Assembly (NCBI GenBank): GCA_002269645.1
Contig: NIVC01000875.1
Coordinates: 357,539 to 421,538, forward strand
DNA length: 64,000 nucleotides
Origin: Macrostomum lignano
Lineage: Eukaryota
Reading direction: 5' to 3'
Position numbers and translations under genes: made by a program. The stretch's first letter is position 1, and the number at the start of each line of letters is the position of its first letter. Positions 22,712 to 34,700 of the stretch are shown here, piece after piece. Under the pieces are notes generated by a model. That model was not told where the DNA came from, made no database searches, and saw nothing but the letters and a program-made list of their open reading frames with translations.

Positions 22712-25700
22712 TTATTGCAAAATCATTCTTTTCCTTATTTTTCTTCTTCTTGTTCTTTTGCGTTTACTTTTGCTTTTGCTTTTGCTTCTGCTTCTGCTAT
22801 TGCGACGGGGAGCAACTTGAGCCAAGCGACGCTTCACCCAGCGCTGAACGGTTCGACGGCCGCGGTGTCGAATTGATCGGCTGATGTTTTTTACCTTGCG
22901 AAAAATGATTTTCTTAAAACGGCGTCGGCTGGACCAACTTCGAAGCACCTGGCGTTTTACAATCCTCCTGCCGCGCCTCAGCATCTTCCGTTTCTCTCTT
23001 CGCAGCTGAATTCGGATGGTTCGTCGGAGAACTTTCATGCCTTGCCTTAGTTTCTTTTTAATGCGTCTAGAACTTAGTCTGGAGACTCGAACGCGTCTTC
23101 TCACTGACTTTCTTGATGCTCGCCGAGCCCGTCGAGCTGCTCGGCGTTTGAGTCGTCTTAGTATTGATCGACTAGCCGCACGACTGGCTCTTCGTACATT
23201 ACGTCTGACCCTACTGACAGGCTTAGAAACTTCTTTCAAAATGTCTTGCAAACAGGCCAGCTTACTAGACTGCTCTAAAAAGTGAAAAAGACAAGTGCGT
23301 AAATTAAAACAATAGTTAGATCAGGGAGAAAATATGGGGAACAAGGAATAAAATATGCAAGAAGACAATAGTGCTTACTTGGCAAACAAACTCTAACACC
23401 ACGAAGAGCCGCTTTAAAGTTCTTCTTTGCGATTTTTAGCTTAGCATTCACAGATGAAACAAAATCTTTCTTTTCCGTCTCCGAAAAATCTCTAGAACCG
23501 ACACGTTCCAACGACTTTCGAAGAAGACGCTTTGCATTGCGCCACAGAGCTATGTCTTTCTCAGACAAAATAGTGAAGCACTCCTCGCTTTCAGAAATGC
23601 CTAATGAGTCTCCGAAAAACTTCAGCAGCTCATTCGAAGACGCAAAAAGACGTCTCTTTGAAGCGCGCCTACGTCTTCGGATTGCCAGTTTGCGTCGTCG
23701 GATTGCAAGTCTGCGTCTTCGGATTGCAGCACCTCTTTTGGCAGCGCGTCTCTTGGCAGCGCGTCTCTTTGCAGCGCGTCTCTTTGCCGCGCGTCTCTTT
23801 GCTGCGCGTCTCTTGGCAGCGCGTCTCTTGGCAGCGCGTTTGCGTCTTCGGATTGCTAGTCTGCGTCTTCGGATTGCAGCGCGTTTCTTTGCAGCGCGTC
23901 TCTTTGCAGCGCGTCTCTTGGCAGCGCGTCTCTTTGCCGCGCGTCTCTTTGCTGCGCGTCTCTTTGCAGCGCGCCTACGTCTTCGAATTGCCAGTTTGCG
24001 TCGTCGGATTGCGAGTCTGCGTCTTTGGATTGCAGCGCGTCTCTTTGCTGCGCGTCTCTTGGCAGCGCGTCTCTTTGCAGCGCGTCTTCGTCTTCGGATT
24101 GCCGCGCGTCTCTTTGCTGCGCGTCTCTTTGCAGCGCGTCTCTTGGCAGCGCGCCTACTTCTTCGGATTGCCAGTTTGCGTCTTCGGATTGCCAGTTTGC
24201 GTCTACGGATTGCCAGTTTGCGTCTTCGGATTGCTAGTTTGCGTCTACGGATTGCCGCGCGTCTTTTGGCAGCGCGTCTCTTAGCAGCGCGTCTCTTTGC
24301 AGCGCGTCTCTTTGCTGCGCGTCTTTTGGCAGCGCGTCTCTTTGCAGCGCGCCTACGTCTTCGGATTGCCAGTTTGCGTCGTCGGATTGCGAGTCTGCGT
24401 CTTCGGATTGCAGCACGTCTCTTTGCAGCACGTCTCTTTGCTGCGCGTCTCTTGGCAGCGCGTCTCTTGGCAGCGCGTCTTCGTCTTCGGATTGCCGCGC
24501 GTCTCTTGGCAGCGCGTCTCTTTGCAGCGTGTCTCTTGGCAGCGCGTGTCTTTGCCGCGCGTCTTTTTGCTGCGCGTCTCTTTGCAGCGCGCCTACGTCT
24601 TCGGATTGCCAGTTTGCGTCGTCGGATTGCGAGTCTGCGTTTTCGAATAGCCATTCTGCGTCTTCGGATTGCCAGTCTGCGTCTTCGGATTGCCAGTCTG
24701 CGTTTTCGAATTGCCAGTCTGCGTCTTCGGATTTGGAGTCTGCGTCTACGGATTGCCGCGCGTCTCTTTGCTGCGCGTCTCTTTGCTGCGCGTCTCTTTG
24801 CAGAGCGCCTACGTCTTCGAATTGCCAGTTTGCGTCGTCGGATTGCGAGTCTGCGTCTTCGGATTGCAGCGCGTCTCTTTGCAGCGCGTCTCTTGGCAGC
24901 GCGTCTCTTGGCAGCGCGTCTGCGTCTTCGGATTGCCAGTTTGCGTCGTCGGATTGCGAGTCTGCGTTTTCGAATAGCCAGTCTGCGTCTTCGGATTGCC
25001 AGTCTGCGTTTTCGAATTGCCAGTCTGCGTCTTCGGATTGCGAGTCTGCGTCTTCGGATTGCAGCGCGTCTCTTGGCAGCGCGTCTCTTTGCAGCGCGTC
25101 TCTTGGCAGCGCGTCTCTTTGCAGCGCGTCTCTTTGCTGCGCGTCTCTTTGCTGCGCGTCTCTTTGCAGCGCGCCTACGTCTTCGGATTGCCAGTTTGCG
25201 TCGTCGGATTGCGAGTCTGCGTCTTCGGATTGCAGCACGTCTCTTTGCAGCGCGTCTCTTTGCTGCGCGTCTCTTTGCAGCGCGCCTACGTCTTTGGATT
25301 GCCAGTTTGCGTCGTCGGATTGCGAGTCTTCGTCTTCGGATTGCAGCGCGTCTCTTTGCAGCGCGTCTCTTTGCAGCGCGTCTCTTTGCAGCGCGTTTCT
25401 TGGCAGCGCGTCTCTTTGCAGCGGGTCTTCGTCTTCGGATTTGGAGTCTGCGTCTACGGATTACCGTGCGTCTCTTGGCAGCGCGTCTCTTTGCAGCTCG
25501 TCTCTTGGCAGCGCGTCTCTTGGCAGCGCGTCTCTTGGCAGCGCGTCTCTTGGCTGCGCGCCTACGTCTTCGGATTGCCAATTTGCGTCTTCGGATTGCA
25601 GCGCGTCTCTTAGCCGCGCGTCTCTTTGCTGCGCGTCTCTTGGAAGCGCGTCTGCGTCTTCGGATTGCGAGTCTGCGTCTTCGGATTGCAGCGCGTCTCT

Positions 25701-28700
25701 TTGCAGCGCGTCTCTTTGCCGCGCGTCTCTTTGCCGCGCGTCTCTTTGCCGCGCGTCTCTTTGCTGCGCGTCTCTTGGAAGCGCGTCTGCGTCTTCGGAT
25801 TGCGAGTCTGCGTCTTCGGATTGCGAGTCTGCGTCTTCGGATTGCAGCGCGTCTCTTAGCCGCGCGTCTCTTTGCAGCGCGTCTGCGTTTTTGGATTGCC
25901 AGTTTGCGTCTACGGATTGCTGCGCGTCTCTTGGCAGCGCGTCTCTTTGCAGCGCGTCTCTTTGCAGCGCGCCTACGTCTTCGGATTGCCAGTTTGCGTC
26001 GTCGGATTGCGAGTCTGCGTCTTCGGATTGCAGCGCGTCTCTTTGCAGCGCGTCTCTTGGCAGCGCGTCTGCGTCTTCGGATTGCTAGTTTGCGTCTACG
26101 GATTGCCGCGCGTCTCTTGGCAGCGCGTCTCTTTGCAACGCGTCTCTTTGCAGCGCGTCTCTTGGCAGCGCGTCTCTTTGCAGCGCGTCTTCGTCTTCGG
26201 ATTTGGAGTCTGCGTCTACGGATTGCCGCGCGTCTCTTGGCAGCGCGTCTCTTTGCAGCGCGTCTCTTGGCAGCGCGTCTCTTTGCCGCGCGTCTCTTTG
26301 CTGCGCGTCTCTTTGCAGCGCGCCTACGTCTTCGGATTGCCAGTTTGCGTCGTCGGATTGCGAGTCTGCGTCTTCGGATTGCAGCACGTCTCTTTGCAGC
26401 GCGTCTCTTGGCAGCGCGTCTCTTGGCAGCGCGTCTGCGTCTTCGGATTGCCAGTTTGCGTCGTCGGATTGCGAGTCTGCGTTTTCGAATAGCCAGTCTG
26501 CGTCTTCGGATTGCCAGTCTGCGTTTTCGAATTGCCAGTCTGCGTCTTCGGATTGCGAGTCTGCGTCTTCTGATTGCAGCGCGTCTCTTGGCAGCGCGTC
26601 TCTTGGCAGCGCGTCTCTTTGCAGCGCGTCTGCGTGTTCGGATTGCCAGTTTGCGTCTACGGATTGCTGCGCGTCTCTTGGCAGCGCGTCTCTTTGCAGC
26701 GCGTCTCTTTGCAGCGCGCCTACGTCTTCGGATTGCAAGTTTGCGTCGTCGGATTGCGAGTCTGCGTCTTCGGATTGCAGCGCGTCTCTTTGCAGCGCGT
26801 CTCTTAGCAGCGCGTCTGCGTCTTCGGATTGCTAGTTTGCGTCTACGGATTGCCGCGCGTCTCTTGGCAGCGCGTCTCTTTGCAGCGCGTCTCTTTGCAG
26901 CGCGCCTACGTCTTCGGATTGCCAGTTTGCGTCGTCGGATTGCGAGTCTGCGTCTTTGGATTGCAGCGCGTCTCTTTGCAGCGCGTCTCTTTGCTGCGCG
27001 TCTCTTGGAAGCGCGTCTGCGTCTTCGGATTGCGAGTCTGCGTCTTCGGATTGCAGCGCGTCTCTTTGCAGCGCGTCTCTTGGCAGCGCGTCTGCGTCTT
27101 CGGATTGCTAGTTTGCGTCTACGGATTGCCGCGCGTCTCTTGGCAGCGCGTCTCTTTGCAGCGCGTCTCTTTGCAGCGCGCCTACGTCTTCGGATTGCCA
27201 GTTTGCGTCGTCGGATTGCGAGTCTGCGTCTTCGGATTGCCAGTTTGCGTCTTCGGATTGCTAGTTTGCGTCTACGGATTGCCGCGCGTCTCTTGGCAGC
27301 GCGTCTCTTTGCAGCGCGTCTCTTAGCAGCGCGTCTCTTTGCTGCGCGTCTTTTTGCAGCGCGTCTCTTTGCAGCGCGTCTCTTTGCCACGCGTCTCTTT
27401 GCTGCGCGTCTCTTGGCAGCGCGTCTGCGTCTCCGGATTGCGAGTCTGCGTCTTCGGATTGCAGCGCGTCTCTTTGCAGCGCGTCTCTTGGCAGCGCGTC
27501 TCTTTGCAGCGCGTCTCTTTGCAGCGCGTCTTCGTCTTCGGATTTGGAGTCTGCGTCTACGGATTACCGCGCGTCTTTTGGCAGCGCGTCTCTTTGCAGC
27601 GCGTCTCTTGGCAGCGCGTCTTTTGGAAGCGCGTCTCTTGGCAGCGCGTCTCTTGGCTGCGCGCCTACGTCTTCGGATTGCCAGTTTGCGTCGTCGGATT
27701 GCGAGTCTGCGTCTTCGGATTGCGAGTCTGCGTCTTCGGATTGCAGCGCGTCTCTTTGCAGCGCGTCTCTTTGCAGCGCGTCTCTTGGCAGCGCGCCTGC
27801 GTCTTCGGATTGCCAGTTTGCGTCGTCGGATTGCGAGTCTGCGTCTTCGGATTGCAGCGCGTCTCTTTGCAGCGCGTCTCTTTGCAGCGCGTCTGCGTCT
27901 TCGGATTGCCAGTTTGCGTCGTCGGATTGCGAGTCTGCGTTTTCGAATAGCCATTCTGCGTCTTCGGATTGCCAGTCTGCGTCTTCGGATTGCCAGTCTG
28001 CGTTTTCGAATTGCCAGTCTGCGTCTTCGGATTGCGAGTCTGCGTCTACGGATTGCCGCGCGTCTCTTGGCAGCGCGTCTCTTTGCAGCGCGTCTCTGTG
28101 CAGCGCGTCTCTTTGCCACGCGTCTCTTTGCTGCGCGTTTCTTTGCAGCGCGCCTACGTCTTCGAATTGCCAGTTTGCGTCGTCGGATTGCGAGTCTGCG
28201 TCTTCGGATTGCAGCGCGTCTCTTTGCTGCGCGTCTCTTGGCAGCGCGTCTGCGTCTTCGGATTGCTAGTTTGCGTCTACGGATTGCCGCGCGTCTCTTG
28301 GCAGCGCGTCTCTTTGCAACGCGTCTCTTTGCAGCGCGTCTCTTGGCAGCGCGTCTCTTTGCAGCGCGTCTTCGTCTTCGGATTGCTAGTTTGCGTCGTC
28401 GGATTGCTAGTTTGCGTCTACGGATTGCCGCGCGTCTCTTGGCAGCGCGTCTCTTTGCAGCGCGTCTCTTGGCAGCGCGTTTCTTTGCCGCGCGTCTCTT
28501 TGCTGCGCGTCTCTTTGCAGCGCGCCTACGTCTTCGGATTGCCAGTTTGCGTCGTCGGATTGCGAGTCTGCGTCTTCGGATTGCAGCGCGTCTCTTTGCA
28601 GCGCGTCTCTTGGCAGCGCCTCTCTTGGCAGCGCGTCTCTTTGCAGTGCGTCTTCGTCTTCGGATTTGGAGTCTGCGTCTACGGATTGCCGCGCGTCTCT

Positions 28701-31700
28701 TGGCAGCGCGTCTCTTTGCAGCGCGTCTCTTGGCAGCGCGTCTCTTTGCCGCGCGTCTCTTTGCTGCGCGTCTCTTTGCTGCTCGTCTCTTGGCAGCGCG
28801 TCTGCGTCTTCGGATTGCGAGTCTTCGTCTTCGGATTGCAGCGCGTCTCTTTGCAGCGCGTCTCTTGGCAGCGCGTCTCTTGGCAGCGCGTCTCTTTGCA
28901 GCGCGTCTGCGTCTTCGGATTTGGAGTCTGCGTCTACGGATTACCGCGCGTCTCTTTGCAGCGCGTCTCTGGGCAGCGCGTCTCTTGGCAGCGCGTCTGC
29001 GTCTTCGGATTGCCAGTTTGCGTCGTCGGATTGCGAGTCTGCGTCTTCGGATTGCCAGTTTGCGTCTTCGGATTGCTAGTTTGCGTCTACGGATTGCCGC
29101 GCGTCTCTTGGCAGCGCGTCTCTTTGCAGCGCGTCTCTTAGCAGCGCGTCTCTTTGCTGCGCGTCTTTTTGCAGCGCGTCTCTTTGCAGCGCGTCTCTTT
29201 GCCACGCGTCTCTTTGCTGCGCGTCTCTTGGCAGCGCGTCTGCGTCTCCGGATTGCGAGTCTGCGTCTTCGGATTGCAGCGCGTCTCTTTGCAGCGCGTC
29301 TCTTGGCAGCGCGTCTCTTTGCAGCGCGTCTCTTTGCAGCGCGTCTTCGTCTTCGGATTTGGAGTCTGCGTCTACGGATTACCGCGCGTCTTTTGGCAGC
29401 GCGTCTCTTTGCAGCGCGTCTCTTGGCAGCGCGTCTTTTGGAAGCGCGTCTCTTGGCAGCGCGTCTCTTGGCTGCGCGCCTACGTCTTCGGATTGCCAGT
29501 TTGCGTCGTCGGATTGCGAGTCTGCGTCTTCGGATTGCGAGTCTGCGTCTTCGGATTGCAGCGCGTCTCTTTGCAGCGCGTCTCTTTGCAGCGCGTCTCT
29601 TGGCAGCGCGCCTGCGTCTTCGGATTGCCAGTTTGCGTCGTCGGATTGCGAGTCTGCGTCTTCGGATTGCAGCGCGTCTCTTTGCAGCGCGTCTCTTTGC
29701 AGCGCGTCTGCGTCTTCGGATTGCCAGTTTGCGTCGTCGGATTGCGAGTCTGCGTTTTCGAATAGCCATTCTGCGTCTTCGGATTGCCAGTCTGCGTCTT
29801 CGGATTGCCAGTCTGCGTTTTCGAATTGCCAGTCTGCGTCTTCGGATTGCGAGTCTGCGTCTACGGATTGCCGCGCGTCTCTTGGCAGCGCGTCTCTTTG
29901 CAGCGCGTCTCTGTGCAGCGCGTCTCTTTGCCACGCGTCTCTTTGCTGCGCGTTTCTTTGCAGCGCGCCTACGTCTTCGAATTGCCAGTTTGCGTCGTCG
30001 GATTGCGAGTCTGCGTCTTCGGATTGCAGCGCGTCTCTTTGCTGCGCGTCTCTTGGCAGCGCGTCTGCGTCTTCGGATTGCTAGTTTGCGTCTACGGATT
30101 GCCGCGCGTCTCTTGGCAGCGCGTCTCTTTGCAACGCGTCTCTTTGCAGCGCGTCTCTTGGCAGCGCGTCTCTTTGCAGCGCGTCTTCGTCTTCGGATTG
30201 CTAGTTTGCGTCGTCGGATTGCTAGTTTGCGTCTACGGATTGCCGCGCGTCTCTTGGCAGCGCGTCTCTTTGCAGCGCGTCTCTTGGCAGCGCGTTTCTT
30301 TGCCGCGCGTCTCTTTGCTGCGCGTCTCTTTGCAGCGCGCCTACGTCTTCGGATTGCCAGTTTGCGTCGTCGGATTGCGAGTCTGCGTCTTCGGATTGCA
30401 GCGCGTCTCTTTGCAGCGCGTCTCTTGGCAGCGCCTCTCTTGGCAGCGCGTCTCTTTGCAGTGCGTCTTCGTCTTCGGATTTGGAGTCTGCGTCTACGGA
30501 TTGCCGCGCGTCTCTTGGCAGCGCGTCTCTTTGCAGCGCGTCTCTTGCAGCGCGTCTCTTTGCCGCGCGTCTCTTTGCTGCGCGTCTCTTTGCTGCTCGT
30601 CTCTTGGCAGCGCGTCTGCGTCTTCGGATTGCGAGTCTTCGTCTTCGGATTGCAGCGCGTCTCTTTGCAGCGCGTCTCTTGGCAGCGCGTCTCTTGGCAG
30701 CGCGTCTCTTTGCAGCGCGTCTGCGTCTTCGGATTTGGAGTCTGCGTCTACGGATTACCGCGCGTCTCTTTGCAGCGCGTCTCTGGGCAGCGCGTCTCTT
30801 GGCAGCGCGTCTGCGTCTTCGGATTGCCAGTTTGCGTCGTCGGATTGCGAGTCTGCGTTTTCGAATAGCCATTCTGCGTCTTCGGATTGCCAGTCTGCGT
30901 CTTCGGATTGCCAGTCTGCGTTTTCGAATTGCCAGTCTGCGTCTTCGGATTGCGAGTCTGCGTCTACGGATTGCCGCGCGTCTCTTGGCAGCGCGTCTCT
31001 TTGCAGCGCGTCTCTTTGCAGCGCGCCTACGTCTTCGGATTGCTAGTTTGCGTCGTCGGATTGCTAGTTTGCGTCTACGGATTGCCGCGCGTCTCTTGGC
31101 AGCGCGTCTCTTTGCAGCGCGTCTCTTGGCAGCGCGTCTCTTTGCCGCGCGTCTCTTTGCTGCGCGTCTCTTTGCAGCGCGCCTACGTCTTCGGATTGCC
31201 AGTTTGCGTCGTCGGATTGCGAGTCTGCGTCTTCGGATTGCAGCGCGTCTCTTTGCAGCGCGTCTCTTTGCTGCGCGTCTCTTTGCAGCGCGCCTACGTC
31301 TTCGGATTGCTAGTTTGCGTCGTCGGATTGCTAGTTTGCGTCGTCGAATTGCTAGTTTGCGTCTACGGATTGCCGCGCGTCTCTTGGCAGCGCGTCTCTT
31401 TGCAGCGCGTCTCTTGGCAGCGCGTCTCTTTGCCGCGCGTCTCTTTGCTGCGCGTCTCTTTGCAGCGCGCCTACGTCTTCGGATTGCCAGTTTGCGTCGT
31501 CGGATTGCGAGTCTGCGTCTTCGGATTGCAGCACGTCTCTTTGCAGCGCGTCTCTTTGCTGCGCGTCTCTTGGCAGCGCGTCTGCGTCTTCGGATTGCCA
31601 GTTTGCGTCGTTGGATTGCGAGTCTGCGTCTTCGGATTGCAGCGCGTCTCTTGGCAGCGCGCCTACGTCTTCGGATTGCCAGTTTGCGTCGTCGGATTGC

Positions 31701-34700
31701 GAGTCTGCGTTTTCGAATAGCCAGTCTGCGTCGTCGGATTGCGAGTCTGCGTCTTCGGATTGCAGCGCGTCTCTTTGCTGCGCTTCTCTTGGCAGCGCGT
31801 CTGCGTCTTCGGATTGCAAGACGTCTCTTTACTGCGCGTCTCTTTGCTGCGCGTCTCTTGGCAGCGCGTCTCTTTGCTGCGCGTCTCTTTGCAGCGCGCC
31901 TACGTCTTCGGATTGCCAGTTTACGTCGTCGGATTGCGAGTCTGCGTCTTCGGATTGCAGCACGTCTCTTTGCAGCGCGTCTCTTTGCTGCGCGTCTCTT
32001 GGCAGCGCGTCTGCGTCTTCGGATTGCCAGTTTGCGTCGTTGGATTGCGAGTCTGCGTCTTCGGATTGCAGCGCGTCTCTTGGCAGCGCGCCTACGTCTT
32101 CGGATTGCCAGTTTGCGTCGTCGGATTGCGAGTCTGCGTTTTCGAATAGCCAGTCTGCGTCGTCGGATTGCGAGTCTGCGTCTTCGGATTGCAGCGCGTC
32201 TCTTTGCTGCGCGTCTCTTGGCAGCGCGTCTGCGTCTTCGGATTGCAAGACGTCTCTTTACTGCGCGTCTCTTTGCTGCGCGTCTCTTGGCAGCGCGTCT
32301 CTTTGCCGCGCGTCTTCGTCTTCGGATTGCCAGTTTGCGTCTTTGGATTGCGAGTCTGCGTTTTCGAATAGCCAGTCTGCGTCTTCGGATTGCCAGTTTG
32401 CGTCGTCGGATTGCGAGTCTGCGTCTTCGGATTGCAGCACGTCTCTTTGCAGCGCGTCTCTTTGCTGCGCGTCTCTTGGCAGCGCGTCTGCGTCTTCGGA
32501 TTGCCAGTTTGCGTCGTTGGATTGCGAGTCTGCGTCTTCGGATTGCAGCGCGTCTCTTGGCAGCGCGCCTACGTCTTCGGATTGCCAGTTTGCGTCGTCG
32601 GATTGCGAGTCTGCGTTTTCGAATAGCCAGTCTGCGTCGTCGGATTGCGAGTCTGCGTCTTCGGATTGCAGCGCGTCTCTTTGCTGCGCTTCTCTTGGCA
32701 GCGCGTCTGCGTCTTCGGATTGCAAGACGTCTCTTTACTGCGCGTCTCTTTGCTGCGCGTCTCTTGGCAGCGCGTCTCTTTGCCGCGCGTCTTCGTCTTC
32801 GGATTGCCAGTTTACGTCTTCGGATTGCCAGTTTGCGTCTTCGGATTGCGAGTCTGCGTCTTCGGATTGCAGGACGTCCCTTTGCCGCGCGTCTCTTTGC
32901 TGCTCGTCTCTTGGCAGCGCGTCTGCGTCTTCGGATTGCCAGTCTGCGTCTTCGGATTGCAGCGCGTCTCTTCGCTGCGCGTCTCTTGGCAGCGCGTCTG
33001 CGTCTTCGGATTGCGAGTCTGCGTCTTCGGATTGCAGGACGTCCCTTTGCCGCGCGTCTCTTTGCTGCTCGTCTCTTGGCAGCGCGTCTGCGTCTTCGGA
33101 TTGCCAGTCTGCGTCTTCGGATTGCAGCGCGTCTCTTCGCTGCGCGTCTCTTGGCAGCGCGTCTCTTTGCAGCGCGTCTGCGTCTTCGGATTTGGAGTCT
33201 GCGTCTACGGATTACCGCGCGTCTCTTTGCAGCGCGTCTCTGGGCAGCGCGTCTCTTGGCAGCGCGTCTGCGTCTTCGGATTGCCAGTTTGCGTCGTCGG
33301 ATTGCGAGTCTGCGTTTTCGAATAGCCATTCTGCGTCTTCGGATTGCCAGTCTGCGTCTTCGGATTGCCAGTCTGCGTTTTCGAATTGCCAGTCTGCGTC
33401 TTCGGATTGCGAGTCTGCGTCTACGGATTGCCGCGCGTCTCTTGGCAGCGCGTCTCTTTGCAGCGCGTCTCTTTGCAGCGCGTCTCTTTGCCACGCGTCT
33501 CTTTGCTGCGCGTCTCTTTGCAGCGCGCCTACGTCTTCGAATTGCCAGTTTGCGTCGTCGGATTGCGAGTCTGCGTCTTCGGATTGCAGCACGTCTCTTT
33601 GCAGCGCGTCTCTTTGCAGCGCGTCTCTTGGCAGCGCGTCTCTTTGCAGCGCGCCTACGTCGTCGGATTGCTAGTTTGCGTCGTCGAATTGCTAGTTTGC
33701 GTCTACGGATTGCCGCGCGTCTCTTGGCAGCGCGTCTCTTTGCAGCGCGTCTCTTGGCAGCGCGTCTCTTTGCCGCGCGTCTCTTTGCTGCGCGTCTCTT
33801 TGCAGCGCGCCTACGTCTTCGGATTGCCAGTTTGCGTCGTCGGATTGCGAGTCTGCGTCTTCGGATTGCAGCACGTCTCTTTGCAGCGCGTCTCTTTGCT
33901 GCGCGTCTCTTGGCAGCGCGTCTGCGTCTTCGGATTGCCAGTTTGCGTCGTTGGATTGCGAGTCTGCGTCTTCGGATTGCAGCGCGTCTCTTGGCAGCGC
34001 GCCTACGTCTTCGGATTGCCAGTTTGCGTCGTCGGATTGCGAGTCTGCGTTTTCGAATAGCCAGTCTGCGTCGTCGGATTGCGAGTCTGCGTCTTCGGAT
34101 TGCAGCGCGTCTCTTTGCTGCGCTTCTCTTGGCAGCGCGTCTGCGTCTTCGGATTGCAAGACGTCTCTTTACTGCGCGTCTCTTTGCTGCGCGTCTCTTG
34201 GCAGCGCGTCTCTTTGCTGCGCGTCTCTTTGCAGCGCGCCTACGTCTTCGGATTGCCAGTTTGCGTCGTCGGATTGCGAGTCTGCGTCTTCGGATTGCAG
34301 CACGTCTCTTTGCAGCGCGTCTCTTTGCTGCGCGTCTCTTGGCAGCGCGTCTGCGTCTTCGGATTGCCAGTTTGCGTCGTTGGATTGCGAGTCTGCGTCT
34401 TCGGATTGCAGCGCGTCTCTTGGCAGCGCGCCTACGTCTTCGGATTGCCAGTTTGCGTCGTCGGATTGCGAGTCTGCGTTTTCGAATAGCCAGTCTGCGT
34501 CGTCGGATTGCGAGTCTGCGTCTTCGGATTGCAGCGCGTCTCTTTGCTGCGCGTCTCTTGGCAGCGCGTCTGCGTCTTCGGATTGCAAGACGTCTCTTTA
34601 CTGCGCGTCTCTTTGCTGCGCGTCTCTTGGCAGCGCGTCTCTTTGCCGCGCGTCTTCGTCTTCGGATTGCCAGTTTGCGTCGTCGGATTGCGAGTCTGCG

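Noticed and set aside
22712-23251. Stand-alone protamine or sperm nuclear basic protein ORF
   Set aside because: It is the last exon of the lectin gene: a phase-1 GTAAGC...ttttag intron (23378-23275) joins it in frame.
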